From: Octopus vulgaris
Lineage: Eukaryota
NCBI GenBank assembly: GCA_951406725.2
Contig: OX597816.1
Span: 17,360,001 to 17,424,000 of the forward strand
Direction of reading: 5' to 3'
DNA length: 64,000 bases
The position numbers and the translations under genes were made by a program. This document shows, piece after piece, positions 12,445-25,840 of this stretch. Below the pieces are notes generated by a model that was not told where the DNA came from, searched no databases, and saw only the letters and a list, made by a program, of their open reading frames with translations. Numbering within the stretch: the first letter of the stretch is position 1; each line of letters opens with the position of its first letter.

Positions 12445-13178
12445 ATGGCACAAGGCCCAACATTTTTTTGGGGTAGGGGCTGGTCGATTAGGTCGACTCC
12501 AGTATGCAACTGGTACTTAATTTATCGACTCTAAAAGAATGAAAAGCAAAATCAACCTTGGCAGATTTTGAACTCAGAACGTAAGGACGAACGAAATGCC
12601 GCTAAGCATTTTGTCCAGCATGCTAACGTTTCTTAGTTCTTTATTGCCCACAAGAGGCTAAACATAGAGGGGACAAACAAGGACAGACAAAGGGATTAAG
12701 TCGATTATATCGACCCCAGTGCATAACTGCTACTTAATTTATCGACCTCGAAAGGATGAAAGGCAAAGTGGAGTTTGAACTCAGAATGTAAAGACAGACG
12801 AAATACCTATTTCTTTACTACCCACAAGGGGCTAAACACAGAGAGGACAAACAAGGACAGACAAATGGATTAAGTCGATTATATCGACCCCAGTGCTTAA
12901 CTGGTACTTATTTAATCGACTCCGAAAGGATGAAAGGCAAAGTCGACCTTGGCGGAATTTGAACTCAGAACGTAGCAGCAGACGAAATATCGCTAAGTAT
13001 TTTTGCCCGGCAGGCTAACATTTCTTATTTCTTTATTGCCCACAAGGGGCTAAACATAGAGGGGACAAACAAGGTAAAGTCGACCTCAGTGGAGTTTGAA
13101 CTCAGAACGTAAAGACAGACGAAATACCGCTAAGCATTTTACCCGTCATGCTAACGTTTCTGCCAGCTCGCTGCCTTA
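12445..13178 (-). mobile_element. SINE family B concatemer (about 4 units)
   Basis: Repeated tttctttattgcccacaagggg...gaaatacc units. Confidence 0.85.
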
Positions 13179-13203
13179 ATAATAAGACATAATATATCAA
13201 GTT

Positions 13204-13372
13204 CTGTTGTGTCTGGGGAGAGTCATTTTCTTTTTGTGCCTTATAATTTAACACACTCAGCGGTAAAATTTCCACTTATTTCTTATTTTTATTTTCCTAA
13301 ATGGAAATTTTACCAGTGAGTGTGTTAAATTATAAGGCACAAAAGGAAAATGACTCTCCTCAGACACAACAG
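13204..13372. repeat. Inverted repeat, 71-bp arms, 27-nt loop
   Basis: 13204-13274 is the reverse complement of 13302-13372 with about 4 mismatches. Confidence 0.9.
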
Positions 13373-13741
13373 GATATGCTTCAACACACGAACTCACATA
13401 AAGAATCTTGCAAACCAAATCCAAAAATGAAATATAATATATCAACAGTTTTAAAATTGAAAAACAGCAATGTTAAAGGTTTTATAAAAGCATTAAATGG
13501 GAAATTCTTTATTCAACATCAGACATCAAAAACATAGGATGAGGTTATTCAAAATGAAATTTTTTATGGCAAATTTTCCTATGGCGAAATTTCCTGTATC
13601 TGTCTTGGTACTTGAATTGTCATTGATTCTTTGAAATGAGAGAATATTGAAGCTTAGCACTTTAATCTTATTGAATATATTTCATTTAATTATTTATAAA
13701 TATTTTCTTTTTATTCTTCAATGCTGGTTAATAACTCTCTC

Positions 13742-14160
13742 TCTTTTACCCTTTTACTTGTTTCAGTCATTTGACTGTGGCCATGCTGGAGCACCGCCTT
13801 TAGTTGAGCAAATCGACCCCGGGACTTATTCTTTGTAAGCCCAGTACTTATTCTATAGGTCTCTTTTGCCGAACTGCTAAGTGATGGGGACGTAAACACA
13901 CCAGCATCGGTTGTCAAGAGGGACAAATGCTAGAGGGACAAACACAGACACACAAAGATATACATACACATACATATATATATATACATATATACGACAG
14001 GCTTCTTTCAGTTTCCGTCTACCAAATCCACTCACAAGGCTTTGGTCGGCCCGAGGCTATAGCAGAAGACACTTGCCCAAGATGCCACGCAGTGGGACTG
14101 AACCCGGAACCATGTGGTTGGTTAGCAAGCTACTTACCACACAGCCACTCCTGCGCCTAT
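13742..14160 (-). mobile_element. SINE family A, young full-length copy with flanking direct repeat
   Basis: Near-consensus; atattttctttttattcttcaatgctggttaataa occurs on both sides (about 13700 and 14173). Confidence 0.9.
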
Positions 14161-14344
14161 GAATATTTATGAATATTTTCTTTTTATTCTTCAATGCTGG
14201 TTAATAAATGGGGAGTTACTTTTCAACCATGAGCAAAACAATCTTAATGGCAGTCGCACATAAAGAGACAGAACTGAATTCTGCTGTCTTGGGATTTAGG
14301 TGTGTAAGTCTAAAGATGCTGAAAACACCAACATTGATTTTCAC

Positions 14345-14450
14345 TCCACCATCATCACCATTGCCATTGACACCATCAACGTCATCATCATTCATCATCA
14401 TCATCATCATCATCATCTTCCTCCACCTCCTCCTCCTCATCATCATCATC

Positions 14451-14488
<38 letters not shown>

Positions 14489-14670
14489 TATCGACATCAT
14501 CATCATTGGCATCATCATCATCATCGACATCATCATTATGATCATCTCCATCAACGTCGTCATCGTCATCATCATCACCATCATTGTTAATGTCATTGTC
14601 AGCATTGTCATCATTGTTGTTGTTGTCAACATTGTCATCTTCGTCATCGTCATTGTCATCGCCATCATCA
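14345..14670. repeat. Degenerate (CAT)n low-complexity tract
   Basis: Source of the poly-H/I/M ORFs in the track. Confidence 0.9.
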
Positions 14671-15189
14671 TGGTGTGGTCAATGCCAGTGCCGGCTGACT
14701 GGACTTGTGCTGGTGGCACGTAAAAAGTACCATTCGAGTGTGGTTGCTGCCAGGGCTGCCTGGCTGGCACCTGTGCTGATGGCACGTAAAAAGCACCATT
14801 CAAGTATGGCCAATGCCAGTATCACCTGACTGGCCCTCGTGCTGGTAGCATGTTAAAAGAACCCACTACACTCTTGGAGTGGTTGGTGTTAGGGAGGTCA
14901 GATGGATTGGAACCTGGTGCAGCCTTCTGGCTCGACAGCCCTCAAAGATCTAAAAAATACAAAAGGACCCAAAAAGGAATAAAAGAAAAAAGAGAAAAAA
15001 ACACATTTTTAACCCCCCCTCATATTCTCTCTCTTTCACCTTCTCCATCCCTCTATTTCCCTATCACTCTCCCTCTCTCTCTCTTTCACCTTCTCCCTCC
15101 CTCTATTCCCCATTATACACACACACACTCTCTTTCTCCCAACTTCATTCACCAATAATATAAAAACAGGCAAAACTCTACAAACTGAC

Positions 15190-15230
15190 ATTTCTGATGA
15201 GACTACAGTAGTAGTTGAAGGTGCTTAAAT
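15190..15230 (+). ncRNA. Hammerhead-like motif with one core substitution (GAAG)
   Basis: AUUU-CUGAUGA-GACUAC-agua-GUAGUU-GAAG-G-UG-CUU-AAAU: 4-bp stem I, 6-bp stem II. Confidence 0.55.
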
Positions 15231-15304
15231 ATGTAATTAAATTTGTGATTTGAAGAAATAATATGTGATATGTAAATAAATATATATATATTTTTTATAT
15301 ACAA

Positions 15305-15477
15305 TAGGCGCAGGAGTGACTGTGTGGTAAGTAGCTTGCTAACCAACCACATGGTTCCGGGTTCAGTCCCACTGCGTGGCATCTTGGGCAAGTGTCTTCT
15401 GCTATAGCCTCGTGCCGACCAAAGCCTTGTGAGTGGATTTGGTAGACGGAAACTGAAAGAAGCCTGTCATATATATG

Positions 15478-15509
<32 letters not shown>

Positions 15510-15725
15510 CATATGTGTGTCTGTGTTTGTCCCTCTAGCATTGCTTGACAACTGGTGCTGGTGTGTTTACGTCCCCGTCACTTAGCAGTTCGGCAAAAGA
15601 GACCGATAGAATAAGTACTGGGCTTACAAAGAATAAGTTCCCGGGGTCGATTTACTCGACCAAAGGCGGTGCTCCAGCATGGCCACAGTCAAATGACTGA
15701 AACAAGTAAAAGAGTAAAAGAGTAA
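15305..15725 (+). mobile_element. SINE family A, young full-length copy
   Basis: taggcgcaggagtgactgtgtggtaag...gaaacaagtaaaagagtaaaagag. Confidence 0.9.
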
Positions 15726-15879
15726 ACCATCCAGTATTCTGAACGCCTTTTTCTTTCATATGTATTAAATGTGTACATCACCCCATTACTTTTAATATAT
15801 ATGCCCCAGCATGGCCACAGCTCAAGAGCTGAAACTGGAAAATATAAACATAATATATATGTATATAAACTTAGATAAA

Positions 15880-16156
15880 CTTAAATATGCTTTGACCAAA
15901 GATTGGTCCAGGCCATGTCTAACTTAATAGCACCACCTGATAGAATTATCTAAATCCTTTTAAAGTCAAGTTTTGGTGTATAATGGTCCATTCAAGTAGT
16001 GAGTTTTTGTTGGGTGAGTTGTATCCAATTATGGGTGGCTTATCTGGTATTCCTTGAAGGAATCTATCCAGACTCCATTTAAAGTTGATAGGATCCTTTT
16101 CCTCTTTGATCTCTTTCGAGGGCCTGTTGAGGAAAAGAAATTATGTTGCAGTGTAC

Positions 16157-16160
<4 letters not shown>
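15880..16160 (-). mobile_element. CR1-type LINE ORF2 C-terminal fragment
   Basis: Minus strand translates EIKEEKDPINFKWSLDRFLQGIPDKPPIIGYNSPNKNSLLEW (compare FKMKLDLFLSGIPDEP in the LINE at 37610-38239). Confidence 0.7.
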
Positions 16161-16219
<59 letters not shown>

Positions 16220-17026
16220 GAAAAATATCGTTATAGGTATAAAAATACAATAAACTATTATAGAAAAATGGAGGAGAAAACGATGTTGAATCAAAACTAG
16301 GTTTAATACAAAATAGGATTCAATACATACACACGTTTCAAAGGACAATACAAATATATATATATGTATGTATGACAACATTGGCTTTTTCAGCTTCCAC
16401 TTACCAAATCCTGTCAAAAGGTTTTGCTCAGCTCAATGATATAGTGGAAAACAATTTGTCCATGGTACCAAATGAACCTGAAACCACAAGGATGGCATAA
16501 CAGCTTCTTAACCACACACAAAAAAAAAAAAACACCTGCATCTTACTATGTTGATTATCATAATAATAATATAGATAATGGACATTCATATGACTTTGCC
16601 ATATTGATAGTCAAGTGAATAATATTTCTTCCAGATTGTCTGTCATCGTACAAATTGTTGTCAAATTTGATTTATCATAAATGTATCTTAACAATCACTT
16701 CCTCTCTCACTCTTCCTGTCTTTCCTTCTCTCTGTCTCTCTCTCTCTCTTTGTCCTAAAAATTACCTTTTTGTTATTTTTTTACAATATGTGTGTATATA
16801 TGTTTGTATGAATGTATGCATATATGTATATATGTGAGTGTGTATGTATGTACATAAATGATGATTGGAGAATGAGGAATCAGCCATCATTTATCTATCT
16901 ATCTATCTATATACATACATATATACATATATATGCATATATGTGCATTATATACATGTATACATTTATGTGTATATACATGTATATATTTATGTATGTA
17001 TACATATATATATATGTGTATATACG

Positions 17027-17052
<26 letters not shown>

Positions 17053-17062
<10 letters not shown>

Positions 17063-17297
17063 TACATATATTTATATACATACATGCATATATATATTGT
17101 TTTTTCTTGCTTGTTCATGTTTAGATTGACTATACACACACACACATCATCATCATCATCGGATGCTAAACGATGATGATGATGATGATGATGATGATGT
17201 GTGTGTGTGTGTGTGTATAGTCAATCTAAACATGAACAAGCAAGAAAAAACAACATATATATGCATGTATGTATATAAATATATGTTTGTGTGTATA
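17053..17297. repeat. Inverted repeat with arms of at least 105 bp centred on a family C tail remnant
   Basis: ttgttttttcttgcttgttcatgtttagattgactat is mirrored as atagtcaatctaaacatgaacaagcaagaaaaaacaa around ggatgctaaac (17161-17171). Confidence 0.9.
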
Positions 17298-17304
17298 TAC
17301 ATAC

Positions 17305-17344
<40 letters not shown>

Positions 17345-17854
17345 ATACATATATATGTATATATATATATATAAATACATATATATATACATACACATAC
17401 ACACACATGCACAGAGACACATATGTAAATATGTATATGTATATATATGTATATAGATCTGTTAATTTATTACTGTCAATGAACCAGTAACTTTAATCTA
17501 CATTTTCTATTTACATCTCATATATATTTTCCAACACTTTTTGTGTTTTCTTAACATTTTACATTCACATCAGTGTTGTTGTCTCCTCATAGTCTTTTTA
17601 TTTGCTTTGTCATATATTTTCGTAGGGGTACAGACTGGGTGGGAGACGTGACGTTATGTATGAGAACCATTTTGCAGCAAGGAATATGTACTCTTAAGAT
17701 TGGTCTGCTGGCGATGAACTGTGACCCAGTATGGTTAAGAAAAGTTCGGAAACGTTCTCTGAATTTACAGAACCAGATTGATTAGTGACTTTAAAAGTAA
17801 CACATCTGAGGTGAAGGAATGAGATATAGTAGCATATATATATGTATATATATT

Positions 17855-17910
17855 CTTTTACTCTTTTACCCTTTTACTTGTTTCAGTCATTTGACAGTGA
17901 CCATGCTGGC

Positions 17911-17958
<48 letters not shown>

Positions 17959-18136
17959 GCCAGCAATGCCTTTAGTCGAGCAAATCCACCCCAGGATTAA
18001 TTCTTTGTAAGCCTAGTACTTATTCTATCGGTCTCTTTTGCTGAACCATTAAGTTATGGGGACGTAAACACACCAGCATCGGTTGTCAAGCGATGTTAGG
18101 GTGACAAACACAGACACGCAAACATATACTCACATG

Positions 18137-18223
<87 letters not shown>

Positions 18224-18390
18224 TCATATATATACGATGGGCTTCTTTCAGTTTCTGTCTACCAAATCCACTCACAAGGCTTTGGTTGGCACGAGGCTAT
18301 AGTAGAAGACACATGCCCAAGTTGCCATGCAGTGGGGCTGAATCATGTGGTTGATAAGCACGCTGCTTACCACACAGCCAAACCTATGCC
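17855..18390 (-). mobile_element. SINE family A with internal microsatellite expansions
   Basis: Family A blocks interrupted by (TA)n/(CA)n. Confidence 0.8.
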
Positions 18391-19166
18391 TATATACATA
18401 TATATATACACATATGTGTGTGTATGTATATATGTATATATATAAGTGTATGTATGGATGTGTATATATGTGTATGCATGTATGTATGTATATATATTTG
18501 TGTATGTATGTATGCATATATGTGTATGTATATATGTATTTATATATGTGTATGTATATAAGTATATATATAAGTGTATGTATATATATGTGCATGTATA
18601 TAAGTGTATAAATATGTGTATGTATGTTTGTATGTATATATGTGTGTGTGTGTGTATGTGTATACGTGTGTGTGTATTTATATATGTATATATGAATGTA
18701 TATATATATATGTCTGTGTATGTGTTGGTGTATGTTTTGGTGTATATATATGAAACAAATTGTAAATCAACGCATCTGATATAAAGAGATGATACATAAT
18801 GGTATATACATATATATATATATATATATAAATACACATATATAACCAATAATTATAGGTGCTGTGAGATCATGGCTGCTTCACAAATTTATAGATCAGA
18901 TATTTGAATATAATGAATATAAATGGGTGTAGACATGAAATGCAGGCTATATTTAACTTTCTCGAGCCATTAGACGGTAACCATGCTCAGGCATGGCCTT
19001 GCTCTCCTTGTTTTCTTTTAACCCTGGGTCTTATTCTAGCAATCTCTTTTGTTAAATTGCCAAATTATGGGGATGTAAACAAACTAACACCAGTTGTCAA
19101 GTGGTGGTGGTGGAGACAAACACAGACAGATAGACAGACACACACCACACACACACACACACACAT

Positions 19167-19214
<48 letters not shown>

Positions 19215-19236
19215 ACAGAGCAGGCTTCTTTCAGTT

Positions 19237-20015
19237 TCTTATTTCTTTATTGCCCACAAGGGGCTAAACATAGCGGAGACAAACAAGGACAGACAAACGG
19301 ATTAAGTCGATTACATCGACCCCAGCACGTAACTGGTACTTAATTTATCAACCCTGAAAGGATGAAAGGCAAAGTCGACTTCGGCGGAATTTGAACTCAG
19401 AACGTAATGCCAGACGAAATACCTATTTCTTTACTACCCACAAGGGGCTAAACACAGAGGAGACAAACAAGGACAGACAGATGGATTAAGTCGATTATAT
19501 TGACCCCAGTGCGTAACTGGTACTGAATTTATTGACCCTGAGAGGATGAAAGGCAAAGTCGAGCTCAGTGGAATTTGAACTCAGAATGTAATGGCAGACG
19601 AAATACCTATTTCTTTACTACCCACAAGGGGCTAAACACAGAGGAGACAAACAAGGACAGACAGACGGATTAAGTCGATTATATTGACCCCAGTGCGTAA
19701 CTGGTACTGAATTTATCGACCCTGAGAGGATGAAAGGCAAAGTCGAGCTCGGTGGAATTTGAACTCAGAACGTAATGGCAGACGAAATACCTATTTCTTT
19801 ACTACCCACAAGGGGCTAAACACAGAGGAGACAAACAAGGACAGACAGACGGATTAAGTCGATTATATTGACCGCAGTGTGTAACTGGTACTGAATTTAT
19901 CGACCCTGAGAGGATGAAAGGCAAAGTCAACCTCGGCGGAATTTGAACTCAGAACGTAACGGCAGACAAAATACCGCTAAGCATTTCACCTGGCGTGCTA
20001 ACGTTTCTGCCAGCT
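19237..20015 (-). mobile_element. SINE family B 4-unit concatemer (184-bp period) inserted in a family A SINE
   Basis: Junction gaaatacc|tatttc at 19424, 19608, 19792; TSD ctttcagtttc on both sides. Confidence 0.9.
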
Positions 20016-20555
20016 CTTTCAGTTTCTCTCTACCAAATTCACTCACAAGGCTTTGGTTGGCCTGAGGCTGAAGTAAAAGACACTTGCCCAAGGTGCCACA
20101 CAGTGGGACTGAACCTCGAATCATGTGGTTGAGAAGCAAACTTCTTACAACACAGCTAATCTTGCACTATATGTATTTTTCTTTTATCTTTTACATGTTC
20201 CTGTCATTGGGATGTGGCCATGCTGGGGCACTACTGTGAAGGGCTTAGTTGAACAAATTGACTCCAGTACTTATATTGATAAAGGCTAGTGCTTATTTCA
20301 TCAGTCACTTTTGCCAAACTGCTAAATCACGTGGACATAAACAAACCAACACCTGCTGTTGAATGGTGAGGGATGACAAACATAATGACACACACTCACA
20401 ACAGTCTTCCACACATTTTCCATCAACCAAATTTACTCACAACCTGTGGCTGAAGTAGAAGATACTTGCTCAAGGTACTGCACAGTGGGTCTGAACCTAC
20501 AACCACATGGTTGCAAAACGTTTCGTAACCATATTGCCATGACTGTAAGTATAAT

Positions 20556-21870
20556 TACTCTTTTACTCTTTTACTTGTTTCAGTCATTTGACTGTGGCCA
20601 TGCTGGAGCAATGCTTTTAGTCGAGCAAATCGACCCCAGGACTTATTCTTTATAAGCCTAGTACTTATTCTATCGGTGTCTTTTGCCGAACCGCTAAGTT
20701 ACAGGGACCTAAACACACCAGCATCGGTTGTCAAGCGATGTTGGCGGGGGATGAACCCAGACACACAAACATATACACACACTTACATGTATATATATAT
20801 ACATATATACGACGGGTTTCTTTCAGTTTCCATCTACCAAATCCACTCACAAGGCTTTGGTCGGCCCGAGACTATAGTAGAAGACACTTGCCAAGGTGCC
20901 ACGCAGTGGGACTGAACCTGGAACCATGTGGTTGGTGAGGAAGCTACTTACCACATAGCCTACATATTTATAAAATGTCCTTTTTTTTAGTGATTTGCGT
21001 CCTGCCTTCATAGGCTCAGGCTGTGTGGTTAAAACATTTGCCTTTCAACCATATGGTTTCAGGTTCAATCCCACAGTGTGACATCTTGGGCAAATGGCTT
21101 TTTGAATATCCTCTGTGAGTAGATTTGGTAGATGGAAATTGTAAAAAAGCCTCTTATATCTGTGTGTGCATGTATATGATGTGTGTGTGTGTGTGTGTGT
21201 GTGTGTGAGTCTCTATTTGCCTTGTCTACAGGTGCATTCCTGTTTTTCATTACTCTTTTACTCTTTTACTTGTTTCAGTCATTTGACGGTGGCCATGCTG
21301 GAGCACCGTCTATAGTTGAGAAAATCGACTCCAGGACTTTTTCTTTGTAAGCCTAGTACTTATTCTATCTGTCTCTTTTGGCGAACCGCCAAGTTATAGG
21401 GACATAAACACACCAGCATTGGTTGTCAAGCGATGTTTGGGGTACAATCACAGACACACAAAGCTATACACACACATACATATATATATACATATAAACA
21501 AAGGGTTCTTTTGTTCTTTTATTCTATTACTTGTTTCAGTCATTTGACTGCGATCGACCCCAGGACTTATTCTTTGGAAGCCTAGTACTTACTTTATCAG
21601 TCTCTTTTGCCGAAGTGCTAAGTAACAGGGACGTAAACACACCAGCATCGGTTGTCAAGCGATATTGGAGGACAAACATACACACACACACACACACATA
21701 CATATATACGATAGGCTTCTTTCAGTTTCCATCTACCAAATCCACTCACAAGGCTTTGGTCGGCCCGAAGCTATAGTAGAAGAGACTTGCCCAAGGTGCC
21801 ATGCAGTGGGACTGAACCCAGACCCATGTAGTTGGTAAGCAAGCTACTTACCACACAGCCACTCCTGTGT
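20556..21870 (-). mobile_element. Cluster of SINE family A copies (about 20556-20960, 21250-21480, 21510-21870; an old + copy near 21010-21200)
   Basis: Repeated matches to the family A consensus. Confidence 0.8.
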
Positions 21871-22837
21871 GCATATATTGTTGCTCATATGATATTGTCT
21901 GCTTCCTAGTCTCCATGGAAACATGCTCAAGATTATTATTGTTTGATAACCTGGGAGATTAGTAGCTCAGTTGGAAAGAAGTGGAAAGGAGATCTTTTCT
22001 TGATCTTCTGCTGTGTGTTGCTTTATTTTAACGAGACAGATGCTAACGAGATGTATGTTACTGTGTTAAAATATGCAGATTATATAAAATAAAATGCTTA
22101 CAGTCATGGCAATATGGTTAAGAAACGTTTTGTAACCATGTGGTTTTAGGTTCAACCCCACTGTGCGCTACCTTGAAATTCCAATGAAAGAGCCTTGGTT
22201 CTTGGTTAGAAACCAGCTCCTTCTCTATTGACAAGAAATCTTGAAATAAAAAGCGAATATTGACATACATATATACATGCATATATGTGAGAGCCCATAT
22301 CACATTTGAAAAGTTGCAAGGATATAAATTTGTCCACCAACCCATACATACACCACTTAGGGAATAGTTGTGGACGAAACACAAAGTTATGATTTTCACC
22401 TGATAAATTGAACATTATATTTGTCATTGAAAAGACTCACAAAAGCAGGTTCAACTGGATCAGGGAATAAATATTTCAAAAATAAATCTCTCCTCTCCTT
22501 TTATATTCAAAACTGTTTCAGTAAACACTCACTTCAATTGACAATCCTATTGTTATATATAACTATAAGGGTTAAGAAATAACTATTATTTTAGGTCGTT
22601 TTGCACAAATATCACCAATAAATACCTACTTAAGTATGGAGATTGTGGCGAATTTTCTCATATGTATGCAATTTTGGTTGTAAATTTTGTGATTTTCTAT
22701 CCTGAAGAGCCTTAAAATTGTCTTTCACAAATGAAAAATTAGAAAAAGTAGCCATTTGCAATTCATTATATTACACAACACGCTGCAAAGCTGGCATATT
22801 TTAGCTCTTTCTGTGTGTGTGTATGTGTATTTATATA

Positions 22838-23156
22838 ATGATAATAATAATAATAATAATAATAATGAAATTATTGTATACAGTGCTCAGGTGCACCACA
22901 ACTTGTCAAAAGTGCATATAAAGCATATGCAGTAATGTACAAACGTCTGGGAAGTGAACAGTGTATGAGTCAGATACATGCTTGCGTGTGTATGGAGGGG
23001 AGAAAATCAGTTGTAGTGTTGGCGAATCTCAGGAAGCATGGAAGTTTTGAAGGATGCGGCAGTTTGTTCCATACTTCAGCAACTCTTAGCGTGAAAAAAT
23101 AATTTCCGAAAGTCATGGGAGCTGTGTTGTTTTCTGACTTAGTAAATATGTCCATG

Positions 23157-23196
<40 letters not shown>

Positions 23197-23345
23197 GTAA
23201 TAATGAAATTATTGTATACAGTGCTCAGGTGCACCACAACTTGTCAAAAGTGCGTATAAAGCAGTAATGTACAAATGTCTGGGAAGTGAACAGTGTATGA
23301 GTCAGATACATGCTTACGTGTGTATGGAAGGGAGAAAATCAGGAA
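22838..23345 (-). mobile_element. Two tandem 3' ends of a CR1-type LINE with (TTA)n tails
   Basis: Minus strand gives HGHIY*VRKQHSSHDFRK then FFTLRVAEVWNKLP; about 22865-23010 is repeated at about 23205-23342. Confidence 0.8.
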
Positions 23346-23780
23346 ATCCCAGGAAACAACTTTTTCAAACAAAACACTACACTTAAACACATTCATCCTA
23401 ATCCTCCAAAGAGGTTTTTCCAAGGACTAATATTGAACTCTAAAACCATAATGATACTACAATGTATTGGTATACTTATTTATTAATTTTTGTATATATG
23501 TATTATTATTTTTTTGAAAAGAACATCTTAACTTTCTTTTTTCCCCTTCCTCAATTTAAAAAAAAATTTTTTCCCCTTCCAAATCTTGAAAATTTGCATT
23601 CAATGAAAGGAGTTTTGATTGCTTTTTCTTCTTTAATTTTTCATACACCCATTTTTATTAAAATTTACTTTCAATTTAGCATTCTGCCTTATTATTTTTT
23701 CCTCTCCTAGCATTTCTCCACGTGCGGTTAACACAACCCGACTGTTTACTGACTTATATGTAAGTATATGTATAAATATA

Positions 23781-23835
<55 letters not shown>

Positions 23836-24065
23836 GCACATACATATATACGATGTGCTTCTTTCAGTTTCTGGCTGCCAAATCCACTCACAAGGTTTTG
23901 TTTGGCTTGAGGCTATAGTAGAAGACACTTGCCCAAGGTGCCATGCAGTGGGACTGAACCCAGAACCATGTGGTTAGTTAGCAAGCTACTTACCACACAG
24001 CCACTTCTGCACCTATATATATAAATATGTATGTATATCTATCTAACTATCTATCTATCTATCTA

Positions 24066-24101
<36 letters not shown>

Positions 24102-24179
24102 TATATGTATAAATATAGTCGCTCACACACGCATATATGTAAGTATATCTATCTATATATATGTATATATATGTATATA

Positions 24180-24252
<73 letters not shown>

Positions 24253-25081
24253 TAAAGATATCTGCATTACAAAGATAGTATCAAATATATGCAAAAATGA
24301 AATTCTCAAGAAATCTCAAATAAAATAAGATGAAATTTTATCTAGAATTTAAATGCTAAAAGGACTTCTGTGCATATTAGCTGAATTTGTAGAAATATTT
24401 CTTCCTATTTTTATGGTTAAACTTAATTGATTTAAATTGTAGCAATGTTTTATGTGGTTATTTTCGAATGTAATTATATTTGTGTAAATATATTTTTTAA
24501 TAAACATAGAGTAAGAGCAACCGGTTGAGAATTTTAGAGAACTGCTGTTTGGTGCAGAAAATGTGTAGGATGGACTGGCTGACTGATGTGTCTATGCATC
24601 AGGGTGTGTATGTGTGTGTGAAAAAGAGTGAGATATGCACACAGACTCACACATGCACACACACACACAGAGGCACACACATACACACAGAGAAAGAGAT
24701 AGAAAGAGAGAGAGAAGAGTGAGAGAGGCAATAGTATGAAAGGGATATAGAGGACAAAGAGAGAAGAGAAAGGTATCTGAAGAGAGAATGAGCTGCAAAC
24801 AGAAAGACAGGGTAAGATTTAGTGAGAGAGAGAGAGAGGGGGGAGAGAGAGGGGGAGAGATAGGGAGAGGGAGAGGGAGAGGGAGAGAGAGAGGGATAGA
24901 GAGGGCGAGAGAGAGAGAGAGAGTGTGTGTGTATGTATGTGTGAAAGTAGGGGAGAGAGAGAAAGAGGGTGAATGGAAAGAGAGAAGGAGAAGAAAGAGA
25001 ACTTAGAGCAGGACTGAGAGAGAAGAGTTGAGTAGAGTGCGAGAGAGATTTATATACAAGGGAAAACTAATTGAATACATG

Positions 25082-25165
<84 letters not shown>

Positions 25166-25299
25166 CCTACCTACCTACTTACCTACATACCTACATATCT
25201 GTCTGCCTACCTACCTACCTACATATCCGCCTGTCTCTCTGTCTATCTCTCTCTCTTTATCTATCTATGTACCTATCTATCTGTCTATCTTTTTTTTTT

Positions 25300-25520
25300 C
25301 TGATCCTTTTGATCAGAATTTTATATTTGTTTCCTTTAGTAAAAGAGCCCTTCCCCTCGAAGGGCAAGAACTGGTATCAGCACACAATCAAAGAACTGGC
25401 CAAAAGGTGGCAACATGATGACGGCTTTTACTATGAATGCTCAGCTGTTATCGTCATAACTCGACAAACAGAGCAAATGGATCAACAAAATATTACAAAA
25501 CTTGACTCACCACGATACAC
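25300..25520 (+). pseudogene. mariner transposase C-terminal remnant
   Basis: YLFPLVKE resembles the region after the SPDLAPSD motif; [29 protein letters not shown] resembles the mariner C-terminus. Confidence 0.65.
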
Positions 25521-25548
25521 GGATGGACAAAAGTATGCATACAGTTGC

Positions 25549-25777
25549 TTAAACCCTTGCAAATGGGAAGCTGTTCTGACAGCATCAAAACACTGTGTGT
25601 GTGAGCAGTGCAGTATCTCACTCTGTGCAGCTCTGTATTTTCAAATGGACCACACAAGAGAAGAATCTGTAAATACACTGTAAAATTCCTTGTATGAAAA
25701 TTTATGTAATTACTGAATGGCCTAATACTTGTACACAACACAGACTGTCTGTACTAAATCCGTCTGCAAGGGGTTAA
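25549..25777 (+). mobile_element. piggyBac internal-deletion derivative retaining the C-terminal Cys-rich motif
   Basis: TTAA-acccttgcaaatgg ... ccgtctgcaagggg-TTAA imperfect TIRs; encodes [19 protein letters not shown] (CxxC...LC...F..H). Confidence 0.7.
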
Positions 25778-25840
25778 AACGAATTGAATGTCCTATTTAT
25801 TTCTCAATTTCTTTTTTTAGGTAAGGGATTCATAAGTTGA

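Noticed and set aside
14208-14803. Poly-His/Ile/Met ORFs
   Set aside because: Translations of a (CAT)n microsatellite.
17625-17785. Acceptor-like ttttcgtag followed by an open frame
   Set aside because: No good donor and no recognisable protein.
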